Shown here: one piece after another, positions 30,664 through 40,604 of the stretch
Position numbering within the stretch: position 1 is the first letter of the stretch
Layout: every line of letters starts with the position of its first letter
Assembly (NCBI GenBank): GCA_035299085.1
Contig: DATGXG010000041.1
Span: forward strand, 55,151 to 119,150
DNA: 64,000 bases
Origin: Bacteroidales bacterium
Lineage (GTDB): Bacteria > Bacteroidota > Bacteroidia > Bacteroidales > UBA10428
Reading direction: 5' to 3'
Notes under the pieces: model-generated
The model's database searches: none
The model's input: the letters and a program-made list of their open reading frames with translations, nothing else
Told to the model about the DNA's origin: nothing
Program-made: the position numbers and the translations under genes

Positions 30664-30793
30664 AATTTGTAAACGGCGTAAATGAGTAATAAGTTACAAC
30701 AGAACAATAAATTGCAATATTGCCGTAAATATAACGACCGGATTATTACAACTGTGGATAATTTGATAAAAGGAAGGAATTCTTAGGTAAACA

Positions 30794-32266
30794 TCATGAT
30801 TTTCCCGAAAGATATTCATGAATGCCTTGTGCAGCGCGTCTTCCGTCACCCATTGCAAGAATAACCGTTGCTCCGCCGCGCACAATGTCGCCGCCAGCGT
30901 ACATTCCATCAATACTTGAAAGCATATGGCTGTCATCAACCAGGATAGTTCCGTGGCGACTGACTTTTAAAGAAGGCAAACTCTGAGGAATAAGGGGATT
31001 GGGTGATACACCCACACTGACTATGACCATATCGGCTTCGATTTCATACTCTGATCCCGGAACAGGTACCGGCTTTCTACGGCCGGATTCATCCGGCTCG
31101 GAAAGGTCCATTCGCTGCAATTTTATCCGATTGACATGACCGGTTTCATCTGCAAAATATTCAACAGGCGTGTGGAGATTCAAAAACTCAATGCCTTCTT
31201 CGATGGCATGCCTGATTTCTTCTTTACGGGCTGGCATCTCGTTAAACGACCTGCGGTAAATGATCATCGCTTTTTCAGCCCCCAGTCGTTTTGCCGTGCG
31301 AACTGAATCCATAGCTGTATTACCGCCGCCGATGACCGCTACTTTTTTACCCATGAACACAGGAGTATCAAATCCTTTACGGGCAGCTCCCATAAGATTC
31401 ACCCGTGTAAGATATTCATTCGAAGAAAGAACGCCGTTAAAATTTTCACCCGGAATATTCATGAAATTAGGCAATCCGGCTCCACTGCCTATAAAGAAAG
31501 CCCGGAAGCCATCATTTTTCAGATCATCAAAAGAAATTGTTCTTCCGGCAATAATATTTTTCATGAAGGTAACCCCCATTAATTTAAGGGTTTCAATTTC
31601 CTTGTCGATAATTGTGTTTGGCAGGCGGAACTCCGGAATTCCGTATTTAAGCACTCCGCCAAACTCATGTAGGGCTTCGAAAACAGTGACCTCATAACCC
31701 ATTTTTGCAAGGTCGCCTGCTGCAGCCAGGCCCGCGGGACCGGAACCAATTACTGCCACCTTTATTCCGTTGGATTCAGCTTTTAATGGTTGACTTACAT
31801 TTTCCGATTCACGGGCGTAATCGGCAACAAATCGTTCAAGATAACCAATGGCAACTGCCTCCTTATTCAGTTTGTCAGCAAGCATGCAGCGGGCTTCACA
31901 TTGCGTTTCCTGCGGACAAACACGGCCGCACACAGAGGGAAATGCATTATCCTTTTTAATTGTTTCGGCCGCTTTAATAAAATCACCGGCTTCAACGTAC
32001 TTGATAAAACCGGGTATATCTACGTTTACCGGACAACCCTTGATGCACTGGGGATCAGGACAATCGAGACATCGTTTTGCCTCAACGAGAGCCATTTCCG
32101 CTGATATCCCCTGGTTGACTTCTACATTACTCCTGATTCTTTCAGAGGGTTCCACCTCGGGCATCCTGACTCTTTCAATCAGGGTCCGTTCTTTGGCAGT
32201 CATCGATTTTTTAAGATCCTTCCTCCACTGCTGATCTCTTGGCTTATCTTCGTTAGGTTGTGTCAT
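30794..32266 (-). CDS. nfnB: NfnB-like NADPH-dependent oxidoreductase (the GltD-like 'glutamate synthase (NADPH), homotetrameric' family)
   Basis: Two Fe-S Cys clusters (CLDCPDPQCIKGCP and CGRVCPQETQCEARC). FAD and NADPH Rossmann motifs (VAVIGSGPAGLAAA and VAVIGGGNTAMD). It lies immediately downstream of an NfnA-like partner. Confidence 0.75.
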   Translation of the reverse strand: MTQPNEDKPRDQQWRKDLKKSMTAKERTLIERVRMPEVEPSERIRSNVEVNQGISAEMALVEAKRCLDCPDPQCIKGCPVNVDIPGFIKYVEAGDFIKAAETIKKDNAFPSVCGRVCPQETQCEARCMLADKLNKEAVAIGYLERFVADYARESENVSQPLKAESNGIKVAVIGSGPAGLAAAGDLAKMGYEVTVFEALHEFGGVLKYGIPEFRLPNTIIDKEIETLKLMGVTFMKNIIAGRTISFDDLKNDGFRAFFIGSGAGLPNFMNIPGENFNGVLSSNEYLTRVNLMGAARKGFDTPVFMGKKVAVIGGGNTAMDSVRTAKRLGAEKAMIIYRRSFNEMPARKEEIRHAIEEGIEFLNLHTPVEYFADETGHVNRIKLQRMDLSEPDESGRRKPVPVPGSEYEIEADMVIVSVGVSPNPLIPQSLPSLKVSRHGTILVDDSHMLSSIDGMYAGGDIVRGGATVILAMGDGRRAAQGIHEYLSGKS

Positions 32267-32284
32267 AGGAAAATTCAGAAATCG

Positions 32285-33106
32285 TTATCCGGCAAGTTCA
32301 TTTTTATAGTCTTCGGCTTCTTCCTTCCTGTAACCGCCGAGACGCATGAGTAATTCATCAAAATCTACCTGGTATGCATCGAATTCAGGGCCATCCACGC
32401 ATACAAATTTTATCTTACCTCCCACGCTAACCCTGCATGCACCGCACATGCCCGTGCCGTCGACCATAATGGCATTAAGGCTGGCCATTGAAGGAATATT
32501 ATATTTTTTAGCAACAAGGCTGGCATATTTCATCATAATGGCCGGACCGATAGTGACACATAAATCGACCGGCTGAGATTTAAACACTTCTTCCATGCCT
32601 GCCGTGATTAATCCCTTATTACCGTAACTACCATCGTCAGTCATGATAATGGTTTCATCGGAATGCTTGCGCATTTCATTCTCAAGAATCAGCAATTCCT
32701 TGTTTTTGGCTGCAAGGACACTGATAACCCGGTTCCCGGCATTATGAAAAGCTTCAGCAATAGGCAATAAGGGAGCAATTCCCACTCCGCCTCCAGCACA
32801 CAAGACGGTGCCCAATTTTTCAATATGTGTCGGATTTCCCAGTGGTCCCACCACATCAGTCACCTCGTCACCCACATTGAGCGCAGCAACCTTATGGCTT
32901 GTCAGGCCTACTTTCTGCACAATCAGGGTTATCGTACCCTTTTTTGTATCCGCTTTGGCTATTGTAAGCGGAATCCGTTCCCCTTCCACACCGATTTTTA
33001 TAATTACAAAATGCCCGGCTCTTCTTTTGGCAGCAATCAACGGTGATTCAATCTCAAGCTGAACGACATTGGGAGAAAGAAATTCCTTAGCAACAATATG
33101 GTTCAT
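32285..33106 (-). CDS. nfnA: NfnA-like FAD/NAD-binding, [2Fe-2S] ferredoxin-NADP reductase-type subunit (PyrK/sulfide dehydrogenase-like)
   Basis: 273 aa. It has RAGHFVIIK...ERIPLTIA and CAGGGVGIAPL motifs, plus a C-terminal Cys cluster CGACRVSVGGKIKFVCVDGPEF. Confidence 0.7.
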   Translation of the reverse strand: MNHIVAKEFLSPNVVQLEIESPLIAAKRRAGHFVIIKIGVEGERIPLTIAKADTKKGTITLIVQKVGLTSHKVAALNVGDEVTDVVGPLGNPTHIEKLGTVLCAGGGVGIAPLLPIAEAFHNAGNRVISVLAAKNKELLILENEMRKHSDETIIMTDDGSYGNKGLITAGMEEVFKSQPVDLCVTIGPAIMMKYASLVAKKYNIPSMASLNAIMVDGTGMCGACRVSVGGKIKFVCVDGPEFDAYQVDFDELLMRLGGYRKEEAEDYKNELAG

Positions 33107-33183
33107 GAAAATTCAGATATTTGAGACGAAAATAATGGTTTTTGAACCAACTGATGTGAAAATCCTGAAAATACGAAATCCTC

Positions 33184-33200
33184 TTACGTATTTGACGTAA
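33184..33200. promoter_or_regulatory. Inverted repeat TTACGT-ATTTG-ACGTAA upstream of nfnA
   Basis: Read directly. It has 6-bp arms and lies 78-94 nt upstream of the nfnA ATG and 30 nt downstream of the GH26 stop. A further ATACGAAAT sits at 33171-33179. Confidence 0.35.
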
Positions 33201-33229
33201 TTAAGCAAATTTATAACAGAATGAATAGC

Positions 33230-34753
33230 TTATTCCAAATATTTCTTCGAAAATACAAGCGTCGTTTTCAGGGTTTCTCCCCTGTTGCCGGCAGACGTCT
33301 GTTCAATTGTAAGTGATTTTCCATCAGGCGATACATTCCAAACTTCAGTACTTTTAAATTCAACAACCTGTCCGGTACGGTGCACTTTTGCCAGGGCATT
33401 TACCGATAGTGATTTATTGTCTGAATTGAAAGTGGCAATGGATGTGCGTGTTAAATCACCTGTTTTTGTGCTCACAGGGGTACCGTCAAGCATAATCTCC
33501 TCATTTGATATCCGGTCATCGGCCCATTCAACAGCAAAGAATTTCTTCACCATAAGTTGCCCGGCATCCTTTGCAATAATCATCTTATAAGGGAGATCGG
33601 CTATTCCTCCATTTTGCGACATACTCTTATTTTCGTCAAGAATCCATTCACCGGCATAATTCACGTTAAAGAGATCCTGTAAAGGCAATGAAGGCAGTCC
33701 GCAGGTTTTCCTGTATTCTGCAGTTGCCTTGGCATATGAAGGATCTTCGTAGTATACCATGGTATTGCTCTGAACAAATTCCTTAAATTGTTGTCGGGAT
33801 GTACTTCTTACAAATCCTGCCCATATCACCCAGGAGGCCCAGTTGGGCTGTGCTTTTAAAATCTCAAGAGATGGAGGATTTCCTACTTCTCCGAATAATA
33901 TCGGCTTCCCGTGTGACAGAGCCATGAGGCTGTCGTAATAAGCCTTGTTAAAATCAGAGCCATAGACATCCAGTGAAAGAATATCCAGAAATTTATCACC
34001 CGGATAGAAATTGGAAAACTTACGGATGGGTGTGGTGGGTCTGTCCACATTCCATACCCATACAAGATTATTAAGCTTATGATAGTTCACAAGCCGGTCA
34101 TACAACTGGCGATATAAATCGGAAGTGCTGTACTCTCCCACTCTTCCGCCCCACCAGAACCAGTCGCCGTTCATTTCATGATACGGTCTCCAGAGGACAG
34201 GTACATGTGCATCCTGAAGCATTCTCAGGTAATGGGCAATTGTATCAACCTGTGAAGCCCAATGGTTATAAATAGCTGTTCCGGGAGTCAGAAGGTCCCT
34301 GAACTGGTAGTCGGGAAGCCTGCCCTGGACGCTTTCAAGAGAATCGGCAGAAACTTTTCTTCGTGGCTGGAATGTTACCGGTTCATTGGCTGTAGGAGGC
34401 ACAGCATGCCAGCACAACGTGATTATCGAACCTTTTTTGTGCTGACGGATGGCTTCCCTTACAATATCAGGCCGTGCCAGGTACGAATCATAATCTCCGT
34501 CCTTCGCAAATCCCATGTCCGAGCTCCAGATCACCGGTGTTTGTCCTTCATATTTAGCCGCAAAACGCGTGTTCTGATCCTTTGTGTTGGGGTAATTATG
34601 CTGACCTGTCAGTGTGTACTTTCCTGAAATCTGGTAGTATAAATGTATCAATGCCTTTGCTTCCGGTGTAGCATCCGGATTGCATGGTTCAAACTTCTGT
34701 CCCGAAACAGAGAATGGAATAACCAGTAATAGAAACAATCCAAACCTTATCAT
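33230..34753 (-). CDS. GH26 endo-beta-mannanase with a C-terminal lipocalin-like domain
   Basis: GH26 hallmark: VLWRPYHEMNGDWFWWGG. Signal peptide: MIRFGLFLLLVIPFSVSGQ. The start was moved to ATG 34753. Confidence 0.8.
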   Translation of the reverse strand: MIRFGLFLLLVIPFSVSGQKFEPCNPDATPEAKALIHLYYQISGKYTLTGQHNYPNTKDQNTRFAAKYEGQTPVIWSSDMGFAKDGDYDSYLARPDIVREAIRQHKKGSIITLCWHAVPPTANEPVTFQPRRKVSADSLESVQGRLPDYQFRDLLTPGTAIYNHWASQVDTIAHYLRMLQDAHVPVLWRPYHEMNGDWFWWGGRVGEYSTSDLYRQLYDRLVNYHKLNNLVWVWNVDRPTTPIRKFSNFYPGDKFLDILSLDVYGSDFNKAYYDSLMALSHGKPILFGEVGNPPSLEILKAQPNWASWVIWAGFVRSTSRQQFKEFVQSNTMVYYEDPSYAKATAEYRKTCGLPSLPLQDLFNVNYAGEWILDENKSMSQNGGIADLPYKMIIAKDAGQLMVKKFFAVEWADDRISNEEIMLDGTPVSTKTGDLTRTSIATFNSDNKSLSVNALAKVHRTGQVVEFKSTEVWNVSPDGKSLTIEQTSAGNRGETLKTTLVFSKKYLE

Positions 34754-34808
34754 ATTTGTCAATTTAACTATGTGAAACAACTTTGAAACAACATGAAACA
34801 ACATCGAA

Positions 34809-37800
34809 CTAATTACTCAAATTAAACCCACTCAGAACAACAACAGGCTTGTCACCACGGGCATCCGACGTTTTCATTCTCATGGTTATGATCTTTTTCT
34901 CACCGGGCATAAGAGATATATAATTATCACTGAAGAATACAGGAAGAATTCTCTCTCCCCTGCTCTTGCCGATTACTTTAAGGCGAATCATGAGAGCCGG
35001 AATATCTGCAGTGTTTTCAATCGTTGTTGACAGAATATAAGAATCTTCTGATTTTTTAACAGTAGTACTGCTTTTAACATTAACCTGCTGAAGCTGGCTC
35101 AGTGCCTTGTAAACTCCGTCTTCAATCCCCCGCCAATAAAAGTTTTCAGAAATCATCCTGTCACCCTGCTTCAGGGTAAGCCTTATAAAATGTACAGGCG
35201 ACAAAGTTGACGGGAATTCAAGCTTAAATACCTTATCTGTTGCGTCTTCTTTGCTATTTACAGTAGCCTCTTTTTCCCACTGAACCTTACCGTCCATATT
35301 AAACACCTGGGCCCTGGCAGTAAGTCCTTCCTGATCTTTTGCATTGAGGTTAACCACTTCAACTTCGTCGTAAACCCGGTTCCATTGTATGTGAAGAGGT
35401 TCCGATGCTTTTTTGCATCCGAAATAGGCAGCGGTAGGATCAAAATAATAATCATAGGTCTGCCATACCATTGAAGGCCATGCCGAATGGCTCATCCACA
35501 AAAGCAAGCCCATCCGGTACTGGCTTCTGCCTTCGAACATAGCGCGATAACCGTCATAATTTATCCATTGGGCAATTTCACAGAACTGCTCGGCATTTTC
35601 AGGTTTGCCGAACCCTTTTTCAAGCAATTCATTGAACGACCCTGCGGATTGAGCTCCTTCAAGTGTGTAATCATGTAATCCCCACATGCTGTTTTGCGGC
35701 CATAAAGCCGAATCAGGCAGCATCTGCCGCAGGCTTTCGAAGTTCATCACATTCGGCATTCCGCGCTCACTGTGCAGTTTATTACGGCCATACAAAAGAT
35801 AGTAATCCTTTACCGGTAAAGCACGGTATGGTCCGCCACCGCTGACAGCACCTGAAGCAGAGTTAGGAATGTAATGAATACCGGGATGAAGACCCGCAAT
35901 CAGTTTACTTAAAACCGTGTCAATGGCCGGAGGAGGATTTCCTTCGTTTCTTCCCACATATAAAGCTATCGATGGATGATTTCTTATCTTAAGGATCACG
36001 TCCTCAGAATTTTTATTGAACAGATCCGGATCATTCGGATCGGGACCGTCTGCAGGATTGGCAAGGCAGAAATCCTGCCATACCATGATACCATACTTGT
36101 CGCATGCCCTGAAAAACTCATCATCGGCTGTTTGTGCAACCCAGTTGCGGATCATGGTAAAATTCATATCGGCATGATAGGCCACTGCGATATCATATTC
36201 ACGTGAACGATAGCGAAGGTTTGATTCGGGAAATCCCCAGTTACCTCCCCTTGCAATAAACCGGCGTCCGTTGATGTAAATTTTGAGAGCCTGGTTATCC
36301 TCGGTATAACTCATTTCACGAATACCTGACATAAAATGTGTCTCATCCGATACTTTATCTTCTGTTTTAAAGGACAGTTGTACCTCATAGAGATTCTGCG
36401 GACCGTATCCTTTAGGCCACCATAATGCAGGGTTCTTAATTCTCAGTTCAGGATGGTTGGCAGGATCCAGCTTTAGAGTTTTAGATGCTGAAGCGCCGAG
36501 CGTAACCTTTTCTGTGAATTGAATATCACCGTAGCGGCCATCCAGTGTGCCGGAAACAGGTTCAGCATTATTGTTTTTAAGAGTGACTTCGAGATGTATA
36601 TCGGCACTTGTTGTATCAGGCAGATTCAGATCGGAATACACAAAGGGATCCTGCAGGGTAACCGCTCCCGTTGAATTAATGAACACATCATTCCATATCC
36701 CTGTATTTCTTCCCCTGATTGTTGGAATCCAGTCCCACCCGATTGAGGCGTGATAAGTAGGGTTGTCAGCACCTAGTACACCACCGTTACGGCCGGGTGT
36801 AACACTGGTTTGCTCGGTAACTGCCCCGGGGTTGTCGTTTTTGTGTATCAGAACAGCTATTGAATTCTTTACTCCAGGTTTCAGCAGGTTGGTAATATCA
36901 AATCGTCCGTGGATAAAAGCACCTTCGATTTTGCCAGTATTTTGGCCGTTAACATAAACATCAGCCTTCCAGTTGATCCCGTCGAAATTTAACCAGGTAT
37001 GCTGTCCTTTTAAGCTGTTAGGCACATCGAATTCATTTCGGTACCAGAAATCATCATAGAAGAAAGACTCTGAAATCTGAAGTTGGTTATCGCCGTAATC
37101 AGGATCCGGAATAGCACCTGCATTGAGGTAACTTACAAGTATGGTTCCCGGAACAGTGGCAACAAGCCAATCGGGGCATGCATAACCGGTATTTGAAATA
37201 GCTTCACCATTATCAGGAACAAGTGAAGAACGCTGAACTTTCCAGTTTCCACCAGCCAGGTCTAGTCGGCCATTTGAAACCGGCGGTTGCTTTTGTGGTT
37301 CAGGCACAAGACCGCCTTTACCCATCACTTCCATTTCACTCAGAATATAAGGACCGCCATCAGCTGATTTTTGCATCAATAGCCTTAAATAGCGTCCTTT
37401 TGTTTTATGATCAAATGGTATTTCATCAGTTTTATTGGTTCCCCCGGGTAATTCAGCAATATTTTTCCAGCTTCGGGCATCCGGAGAAACCTGCACTGAT
37501 CCGGAAATAGCCTTGTTAACCCAGTGAAGCCTGATCGTATCGAATTCTGAGTAAGAACCAAGATCCACATATATCCATTCTGACTTTGAGCCTGCGCTCA
37601 TCCATGCGCTTTTAAAGCGGCGAGAAGAGGTCATTTCAACAGGACTATTATTGTTGTAAAAATCAACATCGCCAATATGCCACGTTTTGCCGGATGTGGT
37701 GGAAAAATCAGCACGGTAGGCTTTATAAGCAACAGGTTTGATAAAATTGAAAGTTAAATTAAGATTTCTGGATGGCTCAGGAACTCCGAAATCGAAATGA

Positions 37801-38474
37801 AAGGAAGGTTTGGGTTCATTGGGATTTTTCGGCCCGAAAAAATCTTCAAAGGGGTCAATGGGTTTTCCGGTCGAATCTTTGGGTGGATTTTTCAAATATT
37901 CTGCATACGGATTCGGTACAGCAGTGCCCGGGAAACCGTTTCCCTTTAATTCACCAAGAACTTCCCATTTGGTCGCGTCATTAGACCCGGAAATCTTCAG
38001 GTTCCATGGACCGGCTTTCTTTTCATCATAAATCAAATCGCCGTTTACAACAATTCGGTTTATTGAATCGGGTGAATAACCCTGAAAATTCATCATGAAC
38101 CATATAGCATTTCCATGAATTTCATTGGTTGAACCGGTAACATGATCCAGTACAAATTCCCTTTCATTCCGCGGAATTTCACCTTCATTGGTTGTCATTG
38201 AAATACTGGCAGGCTGATCTTCTGTAATAATTCCATCGGTAATTAATTGGGCCGTAAGGTTATAATCATACGCTGATGAATGCCAGGCCGGACGGTTTTT
38301 GGCAATATTCCGGTAGTTGTGATTATCAGGTTTAAGAACCGGGGCAAAATTTTCATGGGGATTGCCGGGGTAAATGCCGACACCCAGGGTTTTATCACGG
38401 CTGCCGCATCCGGGTAACAGGATTGTTACAGCAAGAATTAAACAAAATGTAACGAACAGGTGTTTTGTTTTCAT
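34809..38474 (-). CDS. GH2-family glycosidase (beta-mannosidase/exo-glucosaminidase-like) with N-terminal F5/8-type-C (discoidin) domains, predicted lipoprotein
   Basis: Lipobox LLPGCGS. Discoidin-like segments YVDLGSYSEFDTIRLHWVNKA...VQVSPDARSWKNI. GH2 sugar-binding and TIM regions WLNFDGINWKADVYVNGQNTG and MNFTMIRNWVAQT...GIMVWQDF. Confidence 0.7.
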   Translation of the reverse strand: MKTKHLFVTFCLILAVTILLPGCGSRDKTLGVGIYPGNPHENFAPVLKPDNHNYRNIAKNRPAWHSSAYDYNLTAQLITDGIITEDQPASISMTTNEGEIPRNEREFVLDHVTGSTNEIHGNAIWFMMNFQGYSPDSINRIVVNGDLIYDEKKAGPWNLKISGSNDATKWEVLGELKGNGFPGTAVPNPYAEYLKNPPKDSTGKPIDPFEDFFGPKNPNEPKPSFHFDFGVPEPSRNLNLTFNFIKPVAYKAYRADFSTTSGKTWHIGDVDFYNNNSPVEMTSSRRFKSAWMSAGSKSEWIYVDLGSYSEFDTIRLHWVNKAISGSVQVSPDARSWKNIAELPGGTNKTDEIPFDHKTKGRYLRLLMQKSADGGPYILSEMEVMGKGGLVPEPQKQPPVSNGRLDLAGGNWKVQRSSLVPDNGEAISNTGYACPDWLVATVPGTILVSYLNAGAIPDPDYGDNQLQISESFFYDDFWYRNEFDVPNSLKGQHTWLNFDGINWKADVYVNGQNTGKIEGAFIHGRFDITNLLKPGVKNSIAVLIHKNDNPGAVTEQTSVTPGRNGGVLGADNPTYHASIGWDWIPTIRGRNTGIWNDVFINSTGAVTLQDPFVYSDLNLPDTTSADIHLEVTLKNNNAEPVSGTLDGRYGDIQFTEKVTLGASASKTLKLDPANHPELRIKNPALWWPKGYGPQNLYEVQLSFKTEDKVSDETHFMSGIREMSYTEDNQALKIYINGRRFIARGGNWGFPESNLRYRSREYDIAVAYHADMNFTMIRNWVAQTADDEFFRACDKYGIMVWQDFCLANPADGPDPNDPDLFNKNSEDVILKIRNHPSIALYVGRNEGNPPPAIDTVLSKLIAGLHPGIHYIPNSASGAVSGGGPYRALPVKDYYLLYGRNKLHSERGMPNVMNFESLRQMLPDSALWPQNSMWGLHDYTLEGAQSAGSFNELLEKGFGKPENAEQFCEIAQWINYDGYRAMFEGRSQYRMGLLLWMSHSAWPSMVWQTYDYYFDPTAAYFGCKKASEPLHIQWNRVYDEVEVVNLNAKDQEGLTARAQVFNMDGKVQWEKEATVNSKEDATDKVFKLEFPSTLSPVHFIRLTLKQGDRMISENFYWRGIEDGVYKALSQLQQVNVKSSTTVKKSEDSYILSTTIENTADIPALMIRLKVIGKSRGERILPVFFSDNYISLMPGEKKIITMRMKTSDARGDKPVVVLSGFNLSN

Positions 38475-38674
38475 ACCTCAGGATTATTAAGAAACAACTC
38501 CGTGAAGGTATAAATTTTTACAATAAACCGACGAACCCTGTATTCCTGTCTAACTAACAACCCATAAATAGTGACAATTGTTACGAAATTATTAACTTCA
38601 AATTCTTAACATTATAAATAATTGCATTCATTTCTTTTCAATGCTTTTAACCTAACACTAAACACAGATCCAAT

Positions 38675-39928
38675 ATGAATTTTATCTCAGCCATTGCTGC
38701 GGTTAACACCATGCCGGCTATTATGGGCATCCGTCTTGAATTTATTCTGTTTGCTCTTACACTTATCGGAGTGGCCGTTTTCCATCACAAAACAATGTAT
38801 GTAGCCCTGATCGGGCTTGCAGCCATACTTATTGCAAAATACGCATTTACCGACTTTTCGCTTGCAGGTCATATTCTGGGCAATGCTGTACGTCCTGAAG
38901 GAGAATGGAGAATTCTTCTCAATTTACTGGGACTCCTCTTTGGCTTTGCGATTCTTGCTGAAATTTTCAAGGAATCAAGGCTTCCGGATATCCTGCCCAA
39001 TTATCTTCCGGACGACTGGAAAGGCGGATTTGTCCTTCTTTTCTTCATACTTGTACTTTCCTCATTCCTCGATAACATTGCTGCTGCAATGATCGGTGGG
39101 ACAATTGCCATGGTGGTTTTCAAAGGTAAGGTACATATAGGTTTCCTTGCCGCCATTGTGGCTGCAAGCAATGCAGGCGGAGCAGGTAGTGTTGTGGGAG
39201 ATACCACCACTACCCTGATGTGGATTGACGGAGTGAATCCGCTTGACGTAGTACACGCTTTTGTTGCATCGTTCGTTGCGCTTTTTATATTCGGAACCGT
39301 TGGAGCCATACAACAAGATCGTTATCAACCCATCATAAAAAGCGCAAGTAGCAATATAAAAGTGGACTGGGGCCGGATTTTTATAGTATTCCTGATCCTG
39401 GTGTGTGCCATTATCACCAACTGGACCCTTGATTTTCCGGCACTTGGAGTATGGATAGGAATTCTTATAGGAAGTACATTCCGGAAAATTCCCTGGTTTG
39501 AACTTAAGAATGCCTGGATGGGTACTGTTTTCCTTATGGCACTGGTTACCTGTGCTTCACTGATGCCTGTAGAGGATCTGCCGCCTGCTTCCGCATGGAC
39601 AGCTTTTGTTTTAGGCTTTGTTTCAGCTGTTTTTGATAATATACCCCTCACTAAGCTTTGCCTCGAACAGGGAGGGTATGACTGGGGCGTACTTGCCTAT
39701 ACAGTTGGTTTCGGAGGATCCATGATCTGGTTCGGTTCTTCCGCCGGGGTGGCCCTGTCCAATTTGTATCCCGAAGCTAAAAACACGGTGAACTATGTAA
39801 AAAAAGGCTGGCATGTAACACTGGCCTACATTATTGGCTTTTTTGTATTAATTGGGATCATGGGATGGCACCCACATGCACCGCATAAGAAAAGCCACCA
39901 GACTGAGCAGGTTCAGCCCGCCGAATAA
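38675..39928 (+). CDS. Ion-transporter-superfamily permease (NhaD/ArsB-like Na+/H+ antiporter family), tentative
   Basis: A ~11-12 TM protein. SSFLDNIAAAMIGG and AVFDNIPLT resemble the duplicated motif of NhaD/citrate-transporter-type permeases. Confidence 0.5.
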   Translation: MNFISAIAAVNTMPAIMGIRLEFILFALTLIGVAVFHHKTMYVALIGLAAILIAKYAFTDFSLAGHILGNAVRPEGEWRILLNLLGLLFGFAILAEIFKESRLPDILPNYLPDDWKGGFVLLFFILVLSSFLDNIAAAMIGGTIAMVVFKGKVHIGFLAAIVAASNAGGAGSVVGDTTTTLMWIDGVNPLDVVHAFVASFVALFIFGTVGAIQQDRYQPIIKSASSNIKVDWGRIFIVFLILVCAIITNWTLDFPALGVWIGILIGSTFRKIPWFELKNAWMGTVFLMALVTCASLMPVEDLPPASAWTAFVLGFVSAVFDNIPLTKLCLEQGGYDWGVLAYTVGFGGSMIWFGSSAGVALSNLYPEAKNTVNYVKKGWHVTLAYIIGFFVLIGIMGWHPHAPHKKSHQTEQVQPAE

Positions 39929-39929
39929 T

Positions 39930-40439
39930 TTATGGTTTCATATTCAATGCATCGTTCATTCCGTTGATCACCCAAAGTGCTAATCCCAGGGTGGCACCTG
40001 CAGTTGTAACCAGGATGATGTTGCTCAGATAAGGTTTTGAATTTCTTATGTACATCATATTGATATCCGTAAATGGCACCTCTGTCATTTCTGTGGGATT
40101 GAAAACCAATGTGCGGTTATTTTCAACAATAGCCGCATATTTTATTCCGTCTTTCATTATATAGTCAATCACAGGACGGCTTTCATGTTTCAAAAAAATA
40201 ATTGAATCCGGATTAAAATTCTGCAGCAGACTTTGCCTGATTCCGGTGACCTTTTCGTTTGCCATTATTCCCGGAAACTGTTCACTGAAATAAACCGTGT
40301 CAGATTTCAGAGTCTCCAGTAAGATCACACGGGCGTACCTTCGGTCTTCATATTTTTTAAAGTCTTCTCTTTTTGTAACATTCATGTACATGTTACATGA
40401 AGAGATCATCATCACCATTACGCCTAACAGTATTCTCAT
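39930..40439 (-). CDS. Hypothetical lipoprotein with a C-terminal transmembrane helix
   Basis: Lipobox VMMISSC and C-terminal hydrophobic IILVTTAGATLGLALWVI. I recognise no family. Confidence 0.5.
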   Translation of the reverse strand: MRILLGVMVMMISSCNMYMNVTKREDFKKYEDRRYARVILLETLKSDTVYFSEQFPGIMANEKVTGIRQSLLQNFNPDSIIFLKHESRPVIDYIMKDGIKYAAIVENNRTLVFNPTEMTEVPFTDINMMYIRNSKPYLSNIILVTTAGATLGLALWVINGMNDALNMKP

Positions 40440-40604
40440 ATTTACTCCTTTTCATAATTTTGAAAATTAAGAAATTGGCAGGAGTACTCATTCAACAAAT
40501 GGTTGTCAGAATTTGTTTAGCATGATCCCTTATTATATGTCAAAGTACCAACCAAATAAAAAATAATTCGTAAAAGCTAGGTCATCTCATTTGTTTTTCA
40601 ACCG

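Noticed and set aside
30694-30939. 81-aa ORF spanning the adhesin/nfnB spacer
   Set aside because: It mostly overlaps the 3' end of nfnB in another frame and has no motifs or signals.
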